Source: a virus
IMG/VR virus record: IMGVR_UViG_3300025684_000010
Length of the DNA stretch: 64,000 bases
Strand: one strand, 5' to 3'
Part shown: piece by piece, positions 27,557 through 35,569 of the stretch
Layout: the number at the start of each line of letters is the position of its first letter
How positions within the stretch are numbered: the first letter of the stretch is position 1
Position numbers and translations under genes: made by a program
Notes under the pieces: model-generated
Database searches by the model: none
What the model saw: the letters and a program-made list of their open reading frames with translations, nothing else
Told to the model about the DNA's origin: nothing

Positions 27557-28717
27557 TTATCCACCCTGTCTTAAATTAATAATGGTATCTTCACCACCGT
27601 TTAATATGATAGTTCCGATATATCCGTCTACCGACGTTGTTATGGCAGCATTAGAATCAACACTTAATATGATCTGAATTGTTTCGTTTACACTACGATA
27701 AAAATAGATCTTCCCATCTGACTCATAAATGTTAAATTGTGAGTCCTGATTGAATCCAAGGGCAGCGCCTTTTAATTCAATTCCTAAAGAACTGCCATCT
27801 AATTTATTTGATAGAGAAGCGGTTGTTCTTACAAGTTCTTCGACTACTGATAAGGCATCTGTTAAAAAATCAACGTCTAAATAATCTATATCAAGTTCAG
27901 TAAATTCTAATGCATCGTCTTCAAGATAATCATATTCTAATTCGTTAAATGCCAAAAAGTCAAAATCAAGTAATCCTTGATCCTGATTGGCTTCATCAAG
28001 TAATGTTTCGTCTAACGCTTCTTTTACCTCAGGAGGTGGAGAAACGATAAACATATTATCAATCATTGGTGTTGTAATACCTCTTAATTCTATTTTCTTC
28101 GTTGGAGGAGTATCGAGTGATGAAACCATTGTAGCAGCGAATGCTTCGTTAAGTACAATTGTCCCACCCTTATTAGATACTGTTATTTCACCAGAAGAGT
28201 TTCCGAATTCATCAGGTAGTAATATAACGAGAGATCTTCCGAGTTCATCTATCGTTGTTGTAAAATCTGTTCCACGAACCGCGATTGAGGCCGTGGGAGT
28301 TTGAATGTCAATGTTATTCTTATTAACCATTCCTAATCGTCCAGACGCAAACCGTGCGGTGCCTAATGCCATACGCATTGCCATTTTTGATTTACTTGGA
28401 TCTGGGTCGTAGTATACTTTGTCTATGTATACCTTCGTGTTTTCTGTGAGTGATAGTTCTGCCTCATCCAAGAACTGAATAAGCATACGACCATTGCCTG
28501 TCTCTGCCGTATCGTTTAGATTAACATCAGGAACGAAACCGATTTCAACATCGACTTCGTTCCCAGCTTCTCTAACTAATTTAGTTTCACCCTTAAACTC
28601 GGTTATCTCTCCAATAGACGTAGCGCTAACATTAAGTGAGAATACTAATGCAACTCCTATTAGGAAAGTATTAACTGTCGCCTGGGCTATCTTTCTGATT
28701 GATTTGAATCGTAGCAT
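27557..28717 (-). CDS. FecR-domain periplasmic protein
   Basis: Signal/TM; DTAETGNGRMLIQFLDEAELSLTENT, GTARFASG and IQTPTASIAVRGTDF (FecR PF04773 pattern); acidic C-terminal region. Confidence 0.85.
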   Translation of the reverse strand: MLRFKSIRKIAQATVNTFLIGVALVFSLNVSATSIGEITEFKGETKLVREAGNEVDVEIGFVPDVNLNDTAETGNGRMLIQFLDEAELSLTENTKVYIDKVYYDPDPSKSKMAMRMALGTARFASGRLGMVNKNNIDIQTPTASIAVRGTDFTTTIDELGRSLVILLPDEFGNSSGEITVSNKGGTIVLNEAFAATMVSSLDTPPTKKIELRGITTPMIDNMFIVSPPPEVKEALDETLLDEANQDQGLLDFDFLAFNELEYDYLEDDALEFTELDIDYLDVDFLTDALSVVEELVRTTASLSNKLDGSSLGIELKGAALGFNQDSQFNIYESDGKIYFYRSVNETIQIILSVDSNAAITTSVDGYIGTIILNGGEDTIINLRQGG

Positions 28718-29402
28718 TGTCTGAAGTCACATCTAATGTTATGATACCGTTACAAGTAGTAACACCCGTAGCACAAGTACCGCTCATTTGGTTAATATCA
28801 ATGTCTGCAGAATCACCGGTCAAAGTCACGTTGATTTCCTGTTCTCCACCATCTTTTTGCATAGTGTTGATATTGTTTGATGCACCTGTAATATCGAAAT
28901 TCCAAATGGCGTCATCTACGTCGATGTCAACATCAAAAATATTTGTGTTACCTAATACTGTTAAATCCAAATCTAATCTTTCAGCACTTGCGTTATAACC
29001 TTGGTCAAAGTCCATTACATTACTGTCACCAGTGATATCTACATCTATTGCAGATGCATCACTTGATCCAATATATCCAATGTTCCAATCCCATGAATTA
29101 CTATCTCCTGTGAAAAGAAGATTGTAAGTCGAGCTATCAGCAGCTATTGTACCAAAAAGTAAATTTTCATTACCTACTTGGTCAATATTAATGTTTAACG
29201 AAGTACCAGTAACAGACATAGGACTCGATGAACTTGAGAAGTCATCTAATCCAATCTTGTTACCATAACCGTACTGGTCGATGAACAATGTTAATGTATC
29301 ACCAGTTTGGTTAATGTTAATTTCGTTATCATCAGTTGCTTGCGCAGCTGCATTGAAAGAAAACATACATAACAAAGATATACCTATAATTTTATGTTTC
29401 AT
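28671..29402 (-). CDS. curlin-like secreted protein (CsgA/CsgB-like)
   Basis: Signal peptide; INQTGD, IDQYGYGN, IDQVGNEN and repeated ITGDSN/GNTN/GASN strands; C-terminal Cys pair. Confidence 0.7.
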   Translation of the reverse strand: MKHKIIGISLLCMFSFNAAAQATDDNEININQTGDTLTLFIDQYGYGNKIGLDDFSSSSSPMSVTGTSLNINIDQVGNENLLFGTIAADSSTYNLLFTGDSNSWDWNIGYIGSSDASAIDVDITGDSNVMDFDQGYNASAERLDLDLTVLGNTNIFDVDIDVDDAIWNFDITGASNNINTMQKDGGEQEINVTLTGDSADIDINQMSGTCATGVTTCNGIITLDVTSDNATIQINQKDSPGDS

Positions 29403-30375
29403 GTTTTTCCTTTTTTAATTTTTCATCGACGCTATGCTTTTCGTTTGTTCCCATATGATCTTTCTGATGGGGGTGACGATGCCCAGCTTCGATTTCCCAG
29501 AAGCCTCTATCATGGCCCTGGTATACCATCTCTAGTACCGCAGCTTCAATTGCTGTACGTACCGCGTAAGTCACTGATTCATTATTACCAACTCCGTCTT
29601 CATACTCTAACAACTGAGTCCCTGCTTCTATAAAGCGAAAGACATCTCCACCTGAACCGTAGCTCAGGATCGTTTTTCGAGTTTGAACATTCAATAATAT
29701 TTCACCTGTTAATACAGAGACTGCGCGTATGGATACTGTCACTACATCCTGTCTGTAACTCCTACTGAACCCGATACCCAAAGTACGAGCTCCGCGTCCA
29801 CCTGTCTTTATATTACTATCATAACCAATTATACCACCTTCTATAAGCATTCCCGCGAACAGCAAAGGCCCAACACCTGGAGATTCTTTATTCAATTTCT
29901 TTGAAGCTTCATCTCTTGCTGATCTTATAATCTGTCTTTCACGAACAAGAGCATCAATACCTTCTCGTTCGACTACTCTAAACCACTTGCCATTTGCAGC
30001 TGTTTTTAAAGCATCAATTAATAATTCTGTTCCACCTTGAGTTACCGCAGTGGAGAAACTTTGTCCGCTTTGCGAATCTTTTCTCTGTCCTGTTTTATCT
30101 GCAAATCTATATACTGCAACAACTGGCATTGTTGTTGCAGCTGGCAAAGCAAGCAAGTCAATATACGAAGGCAGCTTAATAACTTCAGGACCTTCTACGC
30201 AAATCTGTTTGCTTTCCTGATATTGTCTTACACCCGTGTATAGATCTTTGCTCCATCCTTCCTTATACTCCCCTTGGCCGTATTCACACTTTGCTGGTCC
30301 TTCTGACCATTGTGGCATCTGTGCACAACCTGTAAGGAGTATTAGAAATAAACTAACCGCCGTCTGACGAATCAT
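29392..30375 (-). CDS. csgG: curli secretion channel lipoprotein CsgG
   Basis: Lipobox LTGC; VAVYRFADKTGQRK, FSTAVTQG, WFRVVEREG, ERQIIRSAR, EGGIIGYDSN and YRQDVVTVSIR motifs. Confidence 0.93.
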   Translation of the reverse strand: MIRQTAVSLFLILLTGCAQMPQWSEGPAKCEYGQGEYKEGWSKDLYTGVRQYQESKQICVEGPEVIKLPSYIDLLALPAATTMPVVAVYRFADKTGQRKDSQSGQSFSTAVTQGGTELLIDALKTAANGKWFRVVEREGIDALVRERQIIRSARDEASKKLNKESPGVGPLLFAGMLIEGGIIGYDSNIKTGGRGARTLGIGFSRSYRQDVVTVSIRAVSVLTGEILLNVQTRKTILSYGSGGDVFRFIEAGTQLLEYEDGVGNNESVTYAVRTAIEAAVLEMVYQGHDRGFWEIEAGHRHPHQKDHMGTNEKHSVDEKLKKEKHET

Positions 30376-30856
30376 CGCTACTCCCAAAATTTCCCGATCC
30401 TATAGGGATCTCGATAACAGTAGTAGATCCATCTTCGCCTACAATTGTCATCTTTATAAATTCAGTACCATCATCACCTGTAATTACTTCGTATGTAACA
30501 GTTGAACCTTCAAGTATGAATGATCCAAAACGAACTGGGTTATCGTTACTGAACATATTGTCCACTAACTGTTTTGATAGTTGAGCATAAATACGCGATT
30601 CCAAGTTTCTAATGAATTTGGCTAATGTTGTATTTTCTTCAGCTCGTTCTGCTGCTCTCTGTGCCGCGTCTAACGCATCTTTAATTGCTTTCTTTCTACC
30701 GTGTTCCTGATTCTCAACAGTTAAGTAATGAGCTCCAGTTCCTATTCCGCTGAAAGACGGATTTTTAAAACCATGAACAATAGGCTCTGCACAAGCATGA
30801 GCTGTAAAATAGAAGCCTATTACTAATAATCCTAAATGTGTACCATTAATTTTCAT
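30353..30856 (-). CDS. csgF: curli assembly protein CsgF
   Basis: Signal peptide then F.NPSFSG...YLT..NQE (CsgF FRNPNFGG motif); adjacent to csgG. Confidence 0.85.
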   Translation of the reverse strand: MKINGTHLGLLVIGFYFTAHACAEPIVHGFKNPSFSGIGTGAHYLTVENQEHGRKKAIKDALDAAQRAAERAEENTTLAKFIRNLESRIYAQLSKQLVDNMFSNDNPVRFGSFILEGSTVTYEVITGDDGTEFIKMTIVGEDGSTTVIEIPIGSGNFGSSDDSSDGG

Positions 30857-31124
30857 TTGCCTTCTTTCTCCTCTTCCCTTCCTCTTTCAATTTTTCCATT
30901 TCTTTATATTTCAGAACAACATCTACTTTTTGCTGTAAACGAATTAAATCCTGGTCAAGCATTCTCATACGGTCAATGAGTTTGATTAGAGCAATATGTT
31001 GCTTATCAATTTCTGGCTGTAACTTCTCATTCACAAACTTCCAAACAAAGAATACAAAATAACCAAGGCCAACCACCATGACAGTAGGAAACCCGTACTC
31101 ATTAACTAAATTCGCAATATCCAT
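30846..31124 (-). CDS. single-TM coiled-coil protein (YvrJ/holin-like)
   Basis: EYGFP plus a TM helix and a charged coiled coil. Confidence 0.6.
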   Translation of the reverse strand: MDIANLVNEYGFPTVMVVGLGYFVFFVWKFVNEKLQPEIDKQHIALIKLIDRMRMLDQDLIRLQQKVDVVLKYKEMEKLKEEGKRRKKANEN

Positions 31125-31125
31125 T

Positions 31126-31422
31126 CTAATCTCTTCTTACGTCTATTTTCCCATCCTCTACAAAATTCTCGGCTCGGGCCACTCTGCCGATATCTGGGGT
31201 TAATCCTAATGCACTCGAAACAAGGAGATCAATCTTGATCATTTCGTTCGACATAGTTCTTGCTCTATTTTCTAATGATTCTGCAAACATTGTTAGCGTC
31301 GCTATATTCTCAACGATTCCTTCGAATATTTGCTTAATGATAATAAAAATAAAGAAGCCCATTGTCACTGCGCCGGCAATAGGTAATCCTACATCGCTTA
31401 TAAGCTTAAAAATATCTTCCAT
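31126..31422 (-). CDS. single-TM coiled-coil protein (YvrJ/holin-like), first gene of the curli operon
   Basis: DVGLP plus a TM helix. Start placed at MEDIF, 5 nt after TATAAATA. Confidence 0.6.
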   Translation of the reverse strand: MEDIFKLISDVGLPIAGAVTMGFFIFIIIKQIFEGIVENIATLTMFAESLENRARTMSNEMIKIDLLVSSALGLTPDIGRVARAENFVEDGKIDVRRD

Positions 31423-31427
31423 ACCGT

Positions 31428-31435
31428 TATTTATA
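31428..31435 (-). promoter_or_regulatory. late promoter TATAAATA driving the curli operon
   Basis: The + strand reads tatttata at 31428-31435. Confidence 0.75.
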
Positions 31436-31567
31436 CAGATAAGGGTGTTCAATACACTAATACCAGGGTCTTATATCGTCACTCTAGAGGACTTTAACCA
31501 GTCAATGGTATCAATATATGGAGAAACTGTAGGTCGTCTGGCTGAGGATAATCTGTTATAACTTCTG

Positions 31568-31642
31568 GTTCTATCCATATAACTAAATGTTCTAACCAGA
31601 CTGAAAAAAGTTGTTTACATTCTTTATGAAACCGTTTATAAT
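31568..31642 (+). promoter_or_regulatory. composite early promoter repeat
   Basis: gttctatccatataac at 31568; TTTACA at 31614, 17-nt spacer, TATAAT at 31637. Confidence 0.8.
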
Positions 31643-31672
31643 TGTTCTATAAATTGAGAAAAGGAAACAAGA

Positions 31673-32218
31673 ATGGATCGTATTGACATGAAGAAGAAAT
31701 TTGCATTAGGATACTTTGATACTAAAGCAAATGATGATACTTGGGTAAGATTAGGTTCTTTCTCTAAGCTTCAGGTCTGGGTTGATAATTCGATGCAAAA
31801 AGAAGGTTACCTTGAGGTAACGGTAGTAGATACCAGCGTGGTTCATGGAAGAAGCCCTCAGCGAGTTAAAATCGTCCTTGAGATCAACCTATCAACAGAA
31901 TGCTTCAAAGATGCTTTCCATATCAACATGACTCGACTTGATCATCGTTATGGTGGTCGTGGTATTGCTGCTAAAGCTTACCGTTATATCATTAAGAAAA
32001 TGGGAATTACTTTACAAGCTGGTACGGCTCAGTCGAAAGGCGGTCGAAAGGTTTGGTTTGATCTTGCACAAGCTAATGATCTTGAAGTATATACTAGGTC
32101 AAAACGTGGTATGCCTTTCGTCGTTGGTATTGACGAAGAGGAACGCGAAATATGGCATCCTACTAAAGAAATATACGATGGGATGAAGGAGATGTTTGTC
32201 TTCGCTCGAGCTGCATAA
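31673..32218 (+). CDS. GNAT-like acetyltransferase (putative)
   Basis: RYGGRGIA (motif A-like) and QSKGGRKVW. Confidence 0.5.
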   Translation: MDRIDMKKKFALGYFDTKANDDTWVRLGSFSKLQVWVDNSMQKEGYLEVTVVDTSVVHGRSPQRVKIVLEINLSTECFKDAFHINMTRLDHRYGGRGIAAKAYRYIIKKMGITLQAGTAQSKGGRKVWFDLAQANDLEVYTRSKRGMPFVVGIDEEEREIWHPTKEIYDGMKEMFVFARAA

Positions 32219-32229
32219 TATATCAAAAA

Positions 32230-32304
32230 GTTATATGGATATAACAAAAAGTTCTATCCAGACTGAAAAAAGTTGTTGACTTTTGTTATGAAACCGTTTA
32301 TAAT
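32230..32304 (+). promoter_or_regulatory. composite early promoter repeat
   Basis: Perfect palindrome gttatat-gg-atataac at 32230; TTGACT at 32276, 17-nt spacer, TATAAT at 32299. Confidence 0.8.
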
Positions 32305-32337
32305 ATCTATATTAAATAATTGAAAAGGAACGAAAAA

Positions 32338-32517
32338 ATGCAAGTAGAAATCATCGCAGTAGATCTTAATACTTTCAGTGGTACCATTCCTTCAGGATTC
32401 GATCTTGTAGAATATGAGAAAGGAACTGATCCTCTTGATGGTTGTGTATTGATGGGCTTTGACGAAGTTGGCATGTTCTTTCCGAGAGGAATTCATTGCT
32501 TTATAGAAAGGAACTAA
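32338..32517 (+). CDS. hypothetical protein
   Basis: ORF behind a promoter, SD AAGGA. Confidence 0.55.
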   Translation: MQVEIIAVDLNTFSGTIPSGFDLVEYEKGTDPLDGCVLMGFDEVGMFFPRGIHCFIERN

Positions 32518-32525
32518 AATAACTA

Positions 32526-32554
32526 TTGACATCATAAAGAAACTGTTGTATAAT
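32526..32554 (+). promoter_or_regulatory. sigma70 early promoter
   Basis: TTGACA-17-TATAAT. Confidence 0.85.
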
Positions 32555-32593
32555 AGTTGTATAAATTAAATTAAATCGTAAAGGAAATAAATT

Positions 32594-32872
32594 ATGAAAT
32601 TATCAAAATCTGAAATGACTAAGTTAGAAACTTTAATCAACAAAGCTGAAGGTACCGATATTGGTGTCATCATCGAGCTGATTAAAATGAAGCAGAGATC
32701 TGAACAGTTTAAAGCTGCTCGTGAATTTACTGTTGGTCAAGCAGTTTCGTTTACCACAAGCCGCGGACAGAGTATCGTCGGTGAAGTAATCAAAGTCAAT
32801 ACCAAGAACATCAAGGTAAGGACTCCTCAAGGTAACTGGAACGTTACTGCTTCGCTATTGTCCGCTGCATAA
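32594..32872 (+). CDS. hypothetical protein with an SH3/KOW-like C-terminus
   Basis: FTVGQAVSF...GEVIKVNTKNIKV...WNV. Confidence 0.6.
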   Translation: MKLSKSEMTKLETLINKAEGTDIGVIIELIKMKQRSEQFKAAREFTVGQAVSFTTSRGQSIVGEVIKVNTKNIKVRTPQGNWNVTASLLSAA

Positions 32873-32946
32873 ACACATCAGGAAAATGTGTCGACGTTTT
32901 AGTTAAATGTCGACATATTAAAATTAACTTGTAGAGGAGTTTTACA

Positions 32947-33228
32947 ATGCACGGCAAGAATTGTCCAAGTTGTAACACTGATTGGGAAGAAGAAGAAACA
33001 ATCACACAGTACTTCGAGAGTCAAGGTTACTCTCGCGAGAAGGCAGTACAAACCGGAGCGATGTATGGATGTACTCCTAAGTCACCAAAGCATTTTGGTA
33101 AGAACGTAGTTGGAATAGAAATCCAAGGTAAATACGATGGCGTCAGTTATTGGAAATGTACTGAATGTGAAACAGTCTTCGACCGATGGACAATGGAAGT
33201 AGCGGATGACGCCTATGACAATGCCTAA
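32947..33228 (+). CDS. zinc-ribbon protein
   Basis: CPSC and WKCTEC motifs. Confidence 0.65.
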   Translation: MHGKNCPSCNTDWEEEETITQYFESQGYSREKAVQTGAMYGCTPKSPKHFGKNVVGIEIQGKYDGVSYWKCTECETVFDRWTMEVADDAYDNA

Positions 33229-33424
33229 TGAACGTCGTAATGCAGTCAATTATACTCGTCAGTTCTTAGTTGATCTGATGGATCCTAAAAAGACTCCACG
33301 TGTTCCTAAGGAAATTCGTAAACGAGCATATAGTTGTTTGAAACATTACCCAGGTGAATACTATATGGAAGAAGCAGCTGAACAGGCACCTAACATATTT
33401 GGAGAGTGGAACAGTGGATTATAG
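33206..33424 (+). CDS. BPSL0761-like protein
   Basis: ERRNAV..TRQFL..L.DP..TPRVPKEIR..A...LKHYP. Confidence 0.65.
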   Translation: MTPMTMPNERRNAVNYTRQFLVDLMDPKKTPRVPKEIRKRAYSCLKHYPGEYYMEEAAEQAPNIFGEWNSGL

Positions 33425-33743
33425 TCCAGACAGTTGGGTAGTATTAAAAGTTAAGGCAGGCAAAGGCACATTTCCTTTCTATAAAGTTCTAGCAGGATGG
33501 GGTGGTGGTTACTTAGATGGTGACAGTTGGCGTATGAACAGTGGCATTACAAAGGTAGAAGAGGACAAAGAGTTCTACTACTTCTCTGGTTCTAGTGGGT
33601 CAGTCTACAGATGTCCTAAAGGAGCTTACGGACTTAGAATGAGTACTGCTGGTATCTATAATCAGTTGATAGAAAACCAGCAGTTTGAAGGTCAAATTCA
33701 AATGATGCCCGAAGATACAGATTGGTCTGAGGTAAAGTATTAG
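33414..33743 (+). CDS. conserved phage hypothetical protein (YSPDSWVV...GGYLDGDSWRMNSGI)
   Basis: GTG start after SD GGAG; a motif common in myoviruses. Confidence 0.65.
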   Translation: MDYSPDSWVVLKVKAGKGTFPFYKVLAGWGGGYLDGDSWRMNSGITKVEEDKEFYYFSGSSGSVYRCPKGAYGLRMSTAGIYNQLIENQQFEGQIQMMPEDTDWSEVKY

Positions 33744-33877
33744 TGCAACTATTACTCGCAAGAATACTTCTAATCCTGTGGTTAGCTTTTGCAGTAAAAC
33801 AAGATGATGATCTGTATGGTACATTGATGAGTATAAGACGATTGAATGAATGTAAAAAAGTTGTCACGACCTATTGA
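33743..33877 (+). CDS. possible small membrane peptide (44 aa)
   Basis: GTG start overlapping the previous stop; hydrophobic N-terminus. Confidence 0.35.
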   Translation: MQLLLARILLILWLAFAVKQDDDLYGTLMSIRRLNECKKVVTTY

Positions 33878-33902
33878 CATTTTACTTAAACTGTTGTATA
33901 AT
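33874..33902 (+). promoter_or_regulatory. sigma70 early promoter
   Basis: TTGACA-17-TATAAT. Confidence 0.85.
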
Positions 33903-33928
33903 ATCTAATCTAAACAAAGGAAAGAACT

Positions 33929-34123
33929 ATGAGTAATGTAATTCAGTTCCCAATGGACCGAGTACGTTTGAGCCCAACTGCTGAAGATATCTTTTTTGAC
34001 GAAATCTTACAGCAAGCATTTGACTTGGAGCAAGAGTCATTACAAGTACTCGCTCAGGCAAAGGCTATTGAAGAACAATCAAGGCGTGTTCTTGACCTTA
34101 TGACAGATTTAGAAAACTATTAA
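33929..34123 (+). CDS. hypothetical protein (MSNVIQFP)
   Basis: ORF behind a promoter. Confidence 0.6.
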   Translation: MSNVIQFPMDRVRLSPTAEDIFFDEILQQAFDLEQESLQVLAQAKAIEEQSRRVLDLMTDLENY

Positions 34124-34126
34124 ATT

Positions 34127-34684
34127 ATGAATATTTTTATCTTAGACAACGACCCAGTCAAAGCAGCCCAAGATCAGTGCGACAAGCATGTCGTAAAAAT
34201 GATTATTGAGTCTGCTCAAATGCTATCAACCGTTCATCGTATGTTGGACGGCAAAATGGAACGCAGACCTTCTAAGTCCGGTTCTATGTTAAAATATTAT
34301 TACCTTGAAGACAGTCGCGAAGATACACTCTACAAAGCCTGTCATCACAATCATCCATCTACTGTATGGACGAGAGAATCAAAAGCCAACTATGATTGGC
34401 ACTATAAACACTTTGTTGCGTTATGTGATGAATATACTTATCGTTATGGTAAGACCCATATGACAGATACTAAATTAAGAAATGCATTAAAACAAATTCC
34501 AAATAATATACCGGATTTAGGACCAACTAAATTTAAGTTAGCTATGGGTTCTAATCCTGAGTGTATATTTGAGGATGCCGTTAAATCGTATCGCGCTTTT
34601 TACCATACTAAAGAAGATAGATTCAAATTGGTGTGGAGTAAAAGACCGATTCCTGACTGGTGGCAAGGTCAGAGATTAGCTTAA
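34127..34684 (+). CDS. pyrimidine dimer DNA glycosylase / endonuclease V-like family protein
   Basis: MNIF.LD..P..AAQ..CDKHVVKM..ESAQMLST, HHNHPSTVW and EYTYRYGKTH motifs. Confidence 0.65.
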   Translation: MNIFILDNDPVKAAQDQCDKHVVKMIIESAQMLSTVHRMLDGKMERRPSKSGSMLKYYYLEDSREDTLYKACHHNHPSTVWTRESKANYDWHYKHFVALCDEYTYRYGKTHMTDTKLRNALKQIPNNIPDLGPTKFKLAMGSNPECIFEDAVKSYRAFYHTKEDRFKLVWSKRPIPDWWQGQRLA

Positions 34685-34713
34685 TTATAATTAATAGTAA
34701 CCAGGAGTGTTAT

Positions 34714-34944
34714 ATGGAAAAGTTAGCAGAGCAATTACTTGCGGATGCAAATAAAAGGTTTATTGATAAAAATGAACTTTTGCGTGCGTGTCTATCAACT
34801 TTAACTGCCGACCAATTGTATGAAATGGCAATTCGACATGGATTCCTCCTAACGAAGGAAGATGTAAGTGCTGAATTATTAGATCGTTCAAAGTCATCTC
34901 AGGAAAAGATTATTGACGCAGTCTTAGCAAGACACGGAGAATAA
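34714..34944 (+). CDS. hypothetical protein
   Basis: Start moved to MEKL after SD AGGAG. Confidence 0.55.
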   Translation: MEKLAEQLLADANKRFIDKNELLRACLSTLTADQLYEMAIRHGFLLTKEDVSAELLDRSKSSQEKIIDAVLARHGE

Positions 34945-34945
34945 T

Positions 34946-35182
34946 ATGGAACTGTGGATGTTTTTAACAACCGCAATAGTATTTACCGCCATGGGATGGT
35001 TTATGCGAAGTGATAATTTGTCGTTTAAGCAATCAAAAGAAAACACTCAACAAGTTATTGATACTCTTATCGCAATGGGTTATGTTAAAGTTGTTGGTTC
35101 AGGTGATCAAGCAGAAATGATTCGTTGGCCTGACGATGACGACATTATATTTCTAGAAGAGGAAGAAGAGAATGATACCTGA
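34946..35182 (+). CDS. small membrane protein
   Basis: N-terminal TM and an acidic tail. Confidence 0.55.
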   Translation: MELWMFLTTAIVFTAMGWFMRSDNLSFKQSKENTQQVIDTLIAMGYVKVVGSGDQAEMIRWPDDDDIIFLEEEEENDT

Positions 35183-35369
35183 AGTAGCAGAAGTATCAGC
35201 AAACTACAATGTCCCATACACACCTCCTGTAATGGAGTACCGACAGCAAACTGTTAAACATGTTGTCACTGTGAATGGTTCATTTCAATCCGAAACATTG
35301 TACACGTATGATAAGTATGGTCGTTTAATTACAACCGAAGTGCGGACTCATCAGATAGGACTCGTATGA
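35172..35369 (+). CDS. hypothetical protein
   Basis: ORF track, coupled. Confidence 0.5.
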   Translation: MIPEVAEVSANYNVPYTPPVMEYRQQTVKHVVTVNGSFQSETLYTYDKYGRLITTEVRTHQIGLV

Positions 35370-35569
35370 GTAATCATTTTGAGTTAGTAAATGTTTATAT
35401 AATCAATCCTTCTACAATGGAAAGAATTGACCAAGGACAAATGCGTAATAGAGAAGCCAAACTATTCGTTGAGAAAATGGATAAGCAAGGAATTCCAGTT
35501 CTCGTCCAAGGTGTAGAAGGCGACACAACTAATTTCCAAGAATACCTTCTTGATAATTTAGATACATGA
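35366..35569 (+). CDS. hypothetical protein
   Basis: ORF track, coupled. Confidence 0.55.
   Translation: MSNHFELVNVYIINPSTMERIDQGQMRNREAKLFVEKMDKQGIPVLVQGVEGDTTNFQEYLLDNLDT

Noticed and set aside
31235-31561. 108-aa + strand ORF
   Set aside because: It is mostly the antisense shadow of the first curli-operon gene. Its 3' tail (31450-31561) could be a gene remnant, but no start or SD supports it.
6025-33902. CRISPR-like array from the repeated promoter sequences
   Set aside because: The repeats are dispersed kilobases apart and separated by genes. The Cas4-like exonuclease is the usual T4-like phage enzyme with no cas context.
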